Below are positions 14,168 through 27,184 of a DNA stretch of 64,000 nucleotides, in pieces. Where the stretch lies: positions 24,476,225 through 24,540,224 of the forward strand of contig CM120640.1 of the NCBI GenBank assembly GCA_051362555.1, written 5' to 3'. The notes beneath the pieces are model-generated. The model searched no databases and was not told the DNA's origin. It was given only the letters and a program-made list of their open reading frames with translations. Source of the DNA: Lingula anatina (lineage: Eukaryota; Animalia; Brachiopoda). The position numbers were made by a program, and so were the translations under genes. Positions within the stretch are counted from its first letter, which is position 1. Each line of letters opens with the position of its first letter.

Positions 14168-17100
14168 AAATTACTGACCTTAGCTTGGATTCAAGAGTGA
14201 CTTCGATGTCTCGGTGGGGTCGCTCATCATCTCCTTTGTCCTGTAAAAAGAAATGAAAAACAACATAAGTTTTTTCAATTTACCCATGTCCCATCCCAAA
14301 AAAATAAAATTTACTAACCTTAGCTTGGATCCAAGAGTGAAGTCCATGTCCGGGTGGGGTCACTCATCATCTTCTTTGTCCTGTAAAAAGAAATGAAAAA
14401 CAAGATTAGATTTTTTCAATTTACCCATTCCACCACCCCCAAAAAATAAAATTTACTCACCTTAGTTAGATCCAAGAGTGAAGTCCATGTCCGGGTGGGG
14501 TCGCTCAACATCTTCTTTGTCCTGTAAAAAGAAATGAAAAACAAGATTAGATTTTTTCAATATACCCATCCCACCACCGCCAAAAAAAAAAATTTACTCA
14601 CATTAACTTGGATCCAAGAGTGAAGTCCATGTGCGGGTGGGGTCGCTCATTATCTTCTTTGTCCTGAAAAAAGAAATGAAAAACAAGATTAGATTTTTTC
14701 AATATACCCATCCCACCACCTCCAAAAAATAAAATTTACTCACCTTAACTTGGATCAAAGAGTGACATCCATGTCCGGGTGGGGTTGCTCAGCATCTTCT
14801 TTGTACTGTAAAAAGAAATAAAAAACAAGATTAGATTTTTTCATTTTACCCATGTCACCATCCCAAAAAAATAAAATTTACTAACCTTAGCTTGGATCCA
14901 AGAGTGAAGTCCATGTCCGGGTGGGGTCGCTCATCATCTTCTTTGTACTGTAAAAAGAAATGAAAAACAAGATTAGATTTTTTCAATATACACATCCCAC
15001 CACCGCCAAAAAATAAAATTTACTCACATTAACTTGGATCCAAGAGTGAAGTCCATGTGCGGGTGGGGTTGCTCATCATCTTCTTTGTCCTGAAAAAAGA
15101 AATGAAAAACAAGATTAGATTTTTTCAATTTACCCATCCCATCACCTCCAAAAAATAAAATTAACTCACCTCAGCTTGGATCCAAGAGTGACATCCATGT
15201 CCAGGTGAGGTCGCTCATCATCTTCTTTGTCCTGTAAAAAGAAATGAAAAACAAGATTAGATTTTTTCAATTTACCCATCCCACCACCCAAAAGAAATAA
15301 AATTTACTAACCTTAGCTTGGATCCAAGAGTGAAGTCCATGTCCGGTTAGGGTCGCTCATCATCTTCTTTGTCCTGTAAAAAGAAATGAAAAACAAGATT
15401 AGATTTTTTCAATTTTCCCATCCCACCACCTCCAAAAAATAAAATTTACTCACCTTAGCTTGGATCCAAGAGTGAAGTCCATGTCCGGGTGGGGTTGCTC
15501 AGCATCTTCTTTGTACTGTAAAAAGAAATAAAAAACAAGATTAGATTTTTTCATTTTACCCATGTCACCATTCCAAAAAAATAAAATTTACTAACCTTAT
15601 CTTGGATCCAAGAGTGAGGTCCATGTCTGGGTGGGATCTTCTTTGTCCTGTAAAAAGAAATGAAAATCATGATTAGTTTTTTTTTCAATTTACCCATCCC
15701 ACCACCTCCAAAAAATTAAATTTACTCACCTTAGCTTGGATCCAAGAGTGACATCCATGTTCGGGTGGGGTTGCTCAGCATCTTCTTTATACTGTAAAAA
15801 GAAATAAAAAACAAGATTAGATTTTTTCATTTTACCCATGTCACCATCCCAAAAAAATAAAATTTACTAACCTTAGCTTGGATCCAAGAGTGAGGTCTAT
15901 GTCCGGGTGGGGTCGCTCATCATCTTCTTTGTCCTGTTAAAAGAAATGAAAATCATGATTAGTTATTTTTTCAATTTACCCATCCCATACAACCAAAAAA
16001 TAAAATTTACTAACCTTATCTTGGATCCAAGAGTGAAGTCCATGTCTGGGTGGGGTCGCTCATCATCTTCTTTGTCCTGTAAAGAGAAATGAAAAACAAT
16101 ATTAGATTTTTTCAATATACCCATCCCACCACCTCCAAAAAATAAAATTTACTAACCTTAGCTTAGATCCAAGAGTGAGGTCCATGTCTGGGTGGGATTG
16201 CTCATCCTGTTAAAAGAAATGAAAATCATGATTAGTTATTTTTTCAATTTACCCATCCCATACAACCAAAAAATAAAATTTACTAACCTTATCTTGGATC
16301 CAAGAGTGAAGTCCATGTCTGGGTGGGGTCGCTCATCATCTTCTTTGTCCTGTAAAGAGAAATGAAAAACAATATTAGATTTTTTCAATATACCCATCCC
16401 ATCACCTCCAAAAAATAAAATTTACTCACCTTAGCTTGGATCCAAGAGTGACTTTATTGTCCAGGTGGGGTCGCTCATCATCTTCCTTGCCCTTTAAAAA
16501 GAAATGAAAAACAAGATTAGATTTTTTCAATTTACCCATCCCACCACCCAAAAAGAATAAAATTAACTAACCTTAGCTTGGATCCAAGAGTGAAGCCCAT
16601 GTCCGGGTGGGGTCGCTCATCATCTTCTTTGTCCTGTAAAAAGAAATGAAAAACAAGATTAGATTTTTTCAATTTATCCATAACATTAACCCCCAAAAAT
16701 AAAATTTACTAACCTTAGCCTGGATCCAAGACTGACTTCGATGTTTGGGTGGGGTCACTCATCATCTTCTTTGTCCTGTAAAAAGAAATGAAAAACAAAA
16801 TTAGATTTTTTCAATATACCCATCCCACCAACGCCAAAAAATAAAATTTACTAACCTTAGCTTGGATCCAAGAGCGAAGTCCATGTCCGGGTGGGGTCGC
16901 TCATCATCTTCTTTGTCCTGTAAAAAGAAATAAAAAACAAGATTAAATTTTTTCAATATACCCATCCCACCAACGCCAAAAAATAAAATTTACTAACCTT
17001 AGCTTGGATCCAAGAGCGAAGTCCATGTCCGGGTGGGGTCGCTCATCATCTTCTTTGTCCTGTAAAAAGAAATGAAAAACGAGATTAAATTTTTTCAATA

Positions 17101-20100
17101 TACCCATCCCACCACCTCCAAAAAATAAAATTTACTCACCTTAGCCTGGAGCCAAGAGTGAAGTCCAAGTCCGGTTGGGGTCGCTCATCATCTTCTTTGT
17201 CCTGTAAAAAAAAATGAAAAACAAGTTTAGATTTTATTTTCCCGTTCAACCACCCCCAAAAAATAAAATTTACTCACCTTAGCTTGGTTCCAAATGTGAA
17301 GTCCATGTCCAGGTGGTGTCGCTCATCATCTTCCTGTAAAAAGAAATAAAAAACAAGATTAGATTTCTTTAATTTACCCATATCACCATTCCATAAAAAT
17401 AAAATTTACTAACCTTAGCTTGGTTCGAAGAGTGAAGTCCATGTCTGGGTGGGGTCCCTAATCATCTTTTTTTGTCCTGTAAAAAGAAAAAAAAAATATT
17501 AGATTTTTTTGCAATTTACCCATCTTAACCCCCCCCCCCCCCCCCAAAAAAAAAAAAATTACTGACCTTAGCTTGGATTCAAGAGTGACTTCGATGTCTC
17601 GGTGGGGTCGCTCATCATCTCCTTTGTCCTGTAAAAAGAAATGAAAAACAACATAAGTTTTTTCAATTTACCCATGTCCCATCCCAAAAAAATAAAATTT
17701 ACTAACCTTAGCTTGGATCCAAGAGTGAAGTCCATGTCCGGGTGGGGTCACTCATCATCTTCTTTGTCCTGTAAAAAGAAATGAAAAACAAGATTAGATT
17801 TTTTCAATTTACCCATTCCACCACCCCCAAAAAATAAAATTTACTCACCTTAGTTAGATCCAAGAGTGAAGTCCATGTCCGGGTGGGGTCGCTCAACATC
17901 TTCTTTGTCCTGTAAAAAGAAATGAAAAACAAGATTAGATTTTTTCAATATACCCATCCCACCACCGCCAAAAAAAAAAATTTACTCACATTAACTTGGA
18001 TCCAAGAGTGAAGTCCATGTGCGGGTGGGGTCGCTCATTATCTTCTTTGTCCTGAAAAAAGAAATGAAAAACAAGATTAGATTTTTTCAATATACCCATC
18101 CCACCACCTCCAAAAAATAAAATTTACTCACCTTAACTTGGATCAAAGAGTGACATCCATGTCCGGGTGGGGTTGCTCAGCATCTTCTTTGTACTGTAAA
18201 AAGAAATAAAAAACAAGATTAGATTTTTTCATTTTACCCATGTCACCATCCCAAAAAAATAAAATTTACTAACCTTAGCTTGGATCCAAGAGTGAAGTCC
18301 ATGTCCGGGTGGGGTCGCTCATCATCTTCTTTGTACTGTAAAAAGAAATGAAAAACAAGATTAGATTTTTTCAATATACACATCCCACCACCGCCAAAAA
18401 ATAAAATTTACTCACATTAACTTGGATCCAAGAGTGAAGTCCATGTGCGGGTGGGGTTGCTCATCATCTTCTTTGTCCTGAAAAAAGAAATGAAAAACAA
18501 GATTAGATTTTTTCAATATACCCATCCCACCACCTCCAAAAAATAAAATTTACTCACCTTAGCTTGGATCAAAGAGTGACATCCATGTCCGGGTGGGGTT
18601 GCTCAGCATCTTCTTTGTACTGTAAAAAGAAATAAAAAACAAGATTAGATTTTTTCATTTTAAACATGTCACCATCCCAAAAAAATAAAATTTACTAACC
18701 TTAGCTTGGATTCAAGAGTGAGGTCCATGTATGGGTGGGATCGCTCATCATCTTCTTTGTCCTGTAAAAAGAAATGAAAATCATGATTAGTTTTTTTTTC
18801 AATTTACCCATCCCACCACCTCCAAAAAATAAAATTTACTCACCTTAGCTTGGATCCAAGAGTGACATCCATGTTCGGGTGGGGTTGCTCAGCATCTTCT
18901 TTGTCCTGTAAAAAGAAATGAAAAACAAGATTAGATTTTTTCAATTTACCCATCCCACCACCCAAAAGAAATAAAATTTACTAACCTTAGCTTGGATCCA
19001 AGAGTGAAGTCCATGTCCGGTTAGGGTCGCTCATCATCTTCTTTGTCCTGTAAAAAGAAATGAAAAACAAGATTAGATTTTTTCAATTTTCCCATCCCAC
19101 CACCTCTAAAAAATAAAATTTACTCACCTTAGCTTGGATCCAAGAGTGAAGTCCATGTCCGGGTGGGGTTGCTCAGCATCTTCTTTGTACTGTAAAAAGA
19201 AATAAAAAACAAGATTAGATTTTTTCATTTTACCCATGTCACCATTCCAAAAAAATAAAATTTACTAACCTTAGCTTGGATCCAAGAGTGAGGTCCATGT
19301 CTGGGTGGGATCTTCTTTGTCCTGTAAAAAGAAATGAAAATCATGATTAGTTATTTTTTCAATTTACCCATCCCATACAACCAAAAAATAAAATTTACTA
19401 ACCTTAGTTTGGATCCAAGAGTGAGGTCCATGTCCGGGTGGGGTCGCTCATCATCTTCTTTGTCCTGTTAAAAGAAATGAAAATCATGATTAGTTATTTT
19501 TTCAATTTACCCATCCCATACAACCAAAAAATAAAATTTACTAACCTTATCTTGGATCCAAGAGTGAAGTCCATGTCTGGGTGGGGTCGCTCATCATCTT
19601 CTTTGTCCTGTAAAGAGAAATGAAAAACAATATTAGATTTTTTCAATATACCCATCCCACCACCTCCAAAAAATAAAATTTACTAACCTTAGCTTAGATC
19701 CAAGAGTGAGGTCCATGTCTGGGTGGGGTCACTCATCATCTTCTTTGTCCTGTAAAAAGAAATGAAAAACAAGATTAGATTTTTTCAATTTACCTATCCC
19801 ATCACCTCCAAAAAATAAAATTTACTCACCTTAGCTTGGATCCAAGAGTGACTTTATTGTCCAGGTGGGGTCGCTCATCATCTTCTTTGTCCTGTAAAGA
19901 GAAATGAAAAACAATATTAGATTTTTTCAATTTACCCATCCCACCACCCAAAAAGAATAAAATTAACTAACCTTAGCTTGGATCCAAGAGTGAAGCCCAT
20001 GTCCGGGTGGGGTCGCTCATCATCTTCTTTGTCCTGTAAAAAGAAATGAAAAACAAGATTAGATTTTTTCAATTTATCCATAACATTAACCCCCAAAAAT

Positions 20101-20781
20101 AAAATTTACTAACCTTAGCCTGGATCCAAGACTGACTTCGATGTTTGGGTGGGGTCACTCATCATCTTCTTTGTCCTGTAAAAAGAAATGAAAAACAAAA
20201 TTAGATTTTTTCAATATACCCATCCCACCAACGCCAAAAAATAAAATTTACTAACCTTAGCTTGGATCCAAGAGCGAAGTCCATGTCCGGGTGGGGTCGC
20301 TCATCATCTTCTTTGTCCTGTAAAAAGAAATGAAAAACGAGATTAAATTTTTTCAATATACCCATCCCACCACCTCCAAAAAATAAAATTTACTCACCTT
20401 AGCCTGGAGCCAAGAGTGAAGTCCCAGTCCGGTTGGGGTCGCTCATCATCTTCTTTGTCCTGTAAAAAAAAATGAAAAACAAGTTTAGATTTTATTTTCC
20501 CGTTCAACCACCCCCAAAAAATAAAATTTACTCACCTTAGCTTGGTTCCAAATGTGAAGTCCATGTCCAGGTGGTGTCGCTCATCATCTTCCTGTAAAAA
20601 GAAATAAAAAACAAGATTAGATTTCTTTAATTTACCCATATCACCATTCCATAAAAATAAAATTTACTAACCTTAGCTTGGTTCGAAGAGTGAAGTCCAT
20701 GTCTGGGAGGGGTCCCTAATCATCTTTTTTGTCCTGTAAAAAGAAAAAAAAATATTAGATTTTTTTGCAATTTACCCATCT

Positions 20782-20814
<33 letters not shown>

Positions 20815-23800
20815 AAAAAAAAAAAATTACTGACCTTAGCTTGGATTCAAGAGTGACTTCGATGTCTGGGTGGGGTCGCTCATCATCTCCTTTGTCCTGT
20901 AAAAAGAAATAAAAAACAACATTAGTTTTTTTCAATTTACCCATGTCCCATCCCAAAAAAATAAAATTTACTAACCTTAGCTTGGATCCAAGAGTGAAGT
21001 CCATGTCCGGGTGGGGTCACTCATCATCTTCTTTGTCCTGTAAAAAGAAATGAAAAACAAGATTAGTTTTTTCAATTTACCCATTCCACCACCCCAAAAA
21101 AATAAAATTTACTAACCTTAGCTTGGATCCAAGAGTGACATCCATGTCCGGGTGGGGTCGCTCATCATCTTCTTTGTCCTGTAAAAAAAATGAAAAACAA
21201 GATTTGTTTTTTCAATTTTCCCATCCCACCACCTCAAAAAAATAAAATTTACCCACCTTAGCTTGGATCCAAGAGTGAAGTCCATGTCCGGTTAGGGTCG
21301 CTCATCATCTTCTTTGTACTGTAAAAAGAAATGCAAAACAAGATTAGATTTTTTCAATATACCCATCCCACCACCGCCAAAAAATAAAATTTACTCACAT
21401 TAACTTGGATCCAAGAGTGAAGTCCATGTGCGGTTGGGGTCGCTCATCATATTCTTTGTCCTGAAAAAAGAAATGAAAAACAAGATTAGATTTTTTCATT
21501 TTACCCATGTCACCATCCCAAAAAAATAAAATTTACTAACCTTAGCTTGGATCCAAGAGTGAGGTCCATGTCTGGGTGGGATCGCTCATCATCTTCTTTG
21601 TCCTGTAAAAAGAAATGAAAGATGATTAGTTTTTTTTTCAATTTACCCATCCCACCACCTCCAAAAAATAAAATTTACTCACCTTAGCTTGGATCCAAGA
21701 GTGACATCCATGTTCAGGTGGGGTTGCTCAGCATCTTCTTTGTACTGTAAAAAGAAATAAAAAACAAGATTAGATTTTTTCATTTTACCCATGTCACCAT
21801 CCCAAAAAAATAAAATTTACTAACCTTAGCTTGGATCCAAGAGTGAGGTCCATGTCCGGGTGGGGTCGCTCATCATCTTCTTTGTCCTGTAAAAAGAAAT
21901 GAAAAACAAGATTAGATTTTTTCAATTTACCCATCCCATCACCTCCAAAAAATAAAATTAACTCACCTCAGCTTGGATCCAAGAGTGACATCCATGTCCA
22001 GGTGAGGTCGCTCATCATCTTCTTTGTCCTGTAAAAAGAAATGAAAAACAAGATTAGATTTTTTCAATTTACCCATCCCACCACCCAAAAGAAATAAAAT
22101 TTACTAACCTTAGCTTGGATCCAAGATTGAAGTCCATGTCCCTTTGGGGTCGCTCATCATCTTCTTTGTCCTGTAAAAAGAAATGAAAAACAAGATTAGT
22201 TTTTTCAATTTTCCCATCCCACCACCTCCAAAAAATAAAATTTACTCACCTTAGCCTGGAGCCAAGAGTGAAGTCCAAGTCCGGTTGGGGTCGCTCATCA
22301 TCTTCTTTGTCCTGTAAAAAGAAATGAAAAACAAGATTAGATTTTTTTAAATTTACCCATGTCACCATCCCAATAAAATAAAATTCACTCACCTTAGCTT
22401 TGATCCAAGAGTGACATCCACGTCCGGGTGGGGTCGCTCATCATCTTTGTACTGTAAAAAGAAATGAAAAACAAGATTAGATTTTTTCAATATACCCATC
22501 CCACCACCGCCAAAAAATAAAATTTACTCACATTAACTTGGATCCAAGAGTGACATCCATGTCCGGGTGGGGTCGCTCATCATCTTCTTTGTCCTGTAAA
22601 AAGAAATGAAAAACAAGATTAGATTTTTTCAATATACCCATCCCACCACCTCCAAAAAATAAAATTTACTAACCTTAGCTTGGATCCAAGAGTGAGGTCC
22701 ATGTCTGGGTGGGATCGCTCATCATCTTCTTTGTCCTGTAAAAAGAAATGAAAATCATGATTAGTTTTTTTTTCAATTTACCCATCCCATACAACCAAAA
22801 AATAAAATTTACTAACCTCAGCTTGGATCCAAGAGTGACATCCATGTCCGGGTGGGGTCGCTCATCATCTTCTTTGTCCTGTAAAAAGAAATGAAAAACA
22901 AGATTACATTTTTTCAATTTACCCATGTCACCATCCCAATAAAATAAAATTCACTCACCTTAGCTTTGATCCAAGAGTGACATCCATGTCCGGGTGGGGT
23001 CGCTCATCATCTTCTTTGTCCTGTAAAAAGAAATGAAAAACAAGATTAGATTTTTTCAATTTACCCATCCCATACAACCAAAAAATAAAATTTACTAACC
23101 TCAGCTTGGATCCAAGAGTGACATCCATGTCCGGGTGGGGTCGCTCATCATCTTCTTTGTCCTGTAAAAAGAAATGAAAAACAAGATTAGATTTTTTCAA
23201 TTTACCCATCCCACCACCCAAAAGGAATAAAATTTACTAACCTTAGCTTGGATCCAAGATTGAAGTCCATGTCCCTTTGGGGTCGCTCATCATCTTCTTT
23301 GTCCTGTAAAAAGAAATGAAAAACAAGATTAGTTTTTTCAATTTTCCCATCCCACCTCCTCCAAAAAATAAAATTTACTCACCTTAGCCTGGAGCCAAGA
23401 GTGACATCCATGTCCGGGTGGGGTCGCTCATCATCTTCTTTGTCCTGTAAAAAGAAATGAAAAACAAGATTACATTTTTTCAATTTACCCATGTCACCAT
23501 CCCAATAAAATAAAATTCACTCACCTTAGCTTTGATCCAAGAGTGACATCCATGTCCGGGTGGGGTCGCTCATCATCTTCTTTGTACTGTAAAAAGAAAT
23601 GAAAAACAAGATTAGATTTTTTCAATATTCCCATCCCACCACCGCCAAAAAATAAAATTTACTCACATTAACTTGGATCCAAGAGTGACATCCATGTCCG
23701 GGTGGGGTCGCTCATCATCTTCTTTGTCCTGTAAAAAGAAATGAAAAACAAGATTAGATTTTTTCAATATACCCATCCCACCACCTCCAAAAAATAAAAT

Positions 23801-26800
23801 TTACTAACCTTAGCTTGGATCCAAGAGTGAGGTCCATGTCTGGGTGGGATCGCTCATCATCTTCTTTGTCCTGTAAAAAGAAATGAAAATCATGATTAGT
23901 TTTTTTTTCAATTTACCCATCCCATACAACCAAAAAATAAAATTTACTAACCTTATCTTGGATCCAAGAGTGAAGTCTATGTCTGGGTGGGGTCGCTCAT
24001 CATCTTCTTTGTCCTGTAAAGAGAAATGAAAAACAATATTAGATTTTTTCAATATACCCATCCCACCACCGCCAAAAAAATAAAATTTACTCACATTAAC
24101 TTGGATCCAAGAGTGACATCCATGTCCGGGTGGGGTCGCTCATCATCTTCTTTGTCCTGTAAAAAGAAATGAAAAACAAGATTAGATTTTTTCAATATAC
24201 CCATCCCACCACCTCCAAAAAATAAAATTTACTAACCTTAGCTTGGATCAAAGAGTGAGGTCCATGTCTGGGTGGGATCGCTCATCATCTTCTTTGTCCT
24301 GTAAAAAGAAATGAAAATCATGATTAGTTTTTTTTTCAATTTACCCATCCCATACAACCAAAAAATAAAATTTACTAACCTTATCTTGGATCCAAGAGTG
24401 AAATCAATGTCTGGGTGGGGTCGCTCATCATCTTCTTTGTCCTGTAAAGTGAAATGAAAAACAATATTAGATTTTTTCAATTTACCCATCCCACCACCCA
24501 AAAGGAATAAAATTTACTAACCTTAGCTTGGATCCAAGATTGAAGTCCATGTCCGGGTGGGGTCGCTCATCATCTTCTTTGTCCTGTAAAAAGAAATGAA
24601 AAACAAGATTAGTTTTTTCAATTTTCCCATCCCACCACCTCCAAAAAATAAAATTTACTCACCTTAGCCTGGAGCCAAGAGTGAAGTCCATGTCCGGTTG
24701 GGGTCGCTCATCATCTTCTTTGTCCTGTAAAAAGAAATGAAAAACAAGATTAGATTTTTTTCAATTTACCCATGTCACCATCCCAAAAAAAATAAAATTC
24801 ACTCACCTTAGCTTTGATCCAAGAGTGACATCCATGTCCGGGTGGGGTCGCTCATCATCTTCTTTGTACTGTAAAAAGAAATGAAAAACAAGATTAGATT
24901 TTTTCAATTTACCCATCCCACCACCGCCAAAAAATAAAATTTACTCACATTAACTTGGATCCAAGAGTGAAGTCCGTGTGCGGGTGGGGTCGCTCATCAT
25001 CTTCTTTGTCCTGTAAAAAGAAATGAAAAACAAGATTAGATTTTTTCAATATACCCATCCCACCACCTCCAAAAAATAAAATTTACTAACCTTAGCTTGG
25101 ATCCAAGAGTGAGGTCCATGTCTGGGTGGGATCGCTCATCATCTTCTTTGTCCTGTTAAAAGAAATGAAAATCATGATTAGTTTTTTTTTCAATTTACCC
25201 ATCCCATACAACCAAAAAATAAAATTTACTAACTTTATCTTGGATCCAAGAGTGAAGTCCATGTCTGGGTGGGGTCGCTCATCATCTTCTTTGTCCTGTT
25301 AAGAGAAATGAAAAACAATATTAGATTTTTTCAATATACCCATCCCACCACCTCCAAAAAATAAAATTTACTAACCTTAGCTTAGATCCAAGAGTGAGGT
25401 CTATGTCTGGGTGGGATCGCTCATCATCTTCTTTGTCCTGTAAAAAGAAATGAAAATCATGATTAGTTTTTTTTTTCAATTTACCCATCCCATACCACCA
25501 AAAAATAAAATTTACTAACCTTATCTTGGATCCAAGAGTGAAGTCCATGTCTGGGTGGGGTCGCTCATCATCTTCTTTGTCCTGTAAAGTGAAATGAAAA
25601 ACAATATTAGATTTTTTCAATTTACCCATCCCACCACCTCCAAAAAATAAAATTTACTCACCTTAGCTTGGATCCAAGAGTGACATCCATGTCCGGGTGG
25701 GGTCGCTCATCATCTTCTTTGTACTGTAAAAAGAAATAAAAAACAAGATTAGATTTTTTCAATTTACCCATGTCACCATCCCAAAAAAATAAATTTACTA
25801 ACCTTAGCTTGGATCCAAGAGTGAAGTCCATGTCCGGGTGGGGTCGCTCATCATCTTCTTTGTCCTGTAAAAAGAAATGAAGAACAAGATTAGATTTTTT
25901 CAATTTACCCATGTCACCATCCCAAAAAAATAAATTTACTAACCTTAGCTTGGATCCAAGAGTGAAGTCTATGTCCGGGTGGGGTCACTCATCATCTTCT
26001 TTGTCCTGTAAAAAGAAATGAAAAACAAGATTAGATTTTTTCAATTTACCTATCCCATCACCTCCAAAAAATAAAATTTACTCACCTTAGCTTGGATCCA
26101 AGAGTGACTTTATTGTCCAGGTGGGGTCGCTCATCATCTTCCTTGCCCTTTAAAAAGAAATGAAAAACAAGATTAGATTTTTTCAATATACCCATCCCAC
26201 CACCCAAAAAGAATAAAATTTACTAACCTCAGCTTGGATCCAAGAGTGAAGTCCATGTCTGGGTGGGGTCGCTCATCATCTTCTTTGTCCTGTAAAAAGA
26301 AATGAAAAACAAGATTAGATTTTTTCAATTTATCCATAACATTAACCCCCAAAAATAAAATTTACTAACCTTAGCCTGGATCCAAGACTGACTTCGATGT
26401 TTGGGTGGGGTCACTCATCATCTTCTTTGTCCTGTAAAAAGAAATGAAAAACAAGATTAGATTTTTTCAATATACCCATCCCACCACCGCCAAAAAATAA
26501 AATTTACTAACCTTAGCTTGGATCCAAGAGCGAAGTCCATGTCCGGGTGGGGTCGCTCATCATCTTCTTTGTCCTGTAAAAAGAAATGAAAAACAAGATA
26601 AGATTTTTTTTATTTTCCCATTCCACCACCCCCAAAAAATAAAATTTACTCACCTTAGCTTGGATCCAAGTGTGCAGTTCATGTCCAGGTGGGGTTGCTC
26701 ATCATCTTCTTTGTCCTGTAAAAAGAAATGAAAAACGAGATTAGATTTTTTCAATTTACCCATCCCACCACCTCCAAAAAATAAAATTTACTCACCTTAG

Positions 26801-27180
26801 CTTGGATCCAAGAGTGACATCCATGTCCGGGTGGGGTTGCTCATCATCTTCTTTTTACTGTAAAAAGAAATAAAAAACAAGATTAGATTTTTTCAATTTA
26901 CCCATGTCACCATCCCAAAAAAATAAAATTTACTAACCTTAGCTTGGATCCAAGTGTGCGGTCTATGTCCAGGTGGGGTTGCTTATCACCTTCTTTGTCC
27001 TGTAAAAAGAAATGAAAAACAAGATTAGATTTTTTCAATTTACCCATCCCACCACCCCAAAAAAATATACTTACTAACCTTTAATTCTTGATCCAATAAC
27101 TAGTCCATGTCTGTATAGAGTTGATCAGGAGATTTTTTTTCAATTTACAACCCACCCACCCCCCCTTCCAAAAAAACTAT
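1..27180. repeat. Tandem satellite array, ~141-142 bp monomer, ~190 copies, with higher-order repeats; continues beyond the left edge
   Basis: Monomer consensus (+): AAAAAATAAAATTTACT(C/A)ACCTTAGCTTGGATCCAAGAGTGAAGTCCATGTCCGGGTGGGGTCGCTCATCATCTTCTTTGTCCTGTAAAAAGAAATGAAAAACAAGATTAGATTTTTTCAATTTACCCATCCCACCACCTCC. GGATCC recurs at 41, 182 and so on. Identical ORF-track hits recur at spacings of 1413, 1424, 1544, 3395 and 3531 bp. The array decays at ~27060-27180. Confidence 0.99.
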
Positions 27181-27184
27181 AAAA

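Noticed and set aside
29-25912. Repeated ORF-track peptides in the satellite (KEDDERPHPDMD..., MGSLIIFF...)
   Set aside because: These are chance read-through of monomers; many variants carry stops or frameshifts (e.g. CCC TAA, and the 1-nt deletion variant).
1-27100. CRISPR-like repeat/spacer reading of the array
   Set aside because: The variable parts are homologous variants rather than unique spacers; the context is eukaryotic and there are no cas genes.
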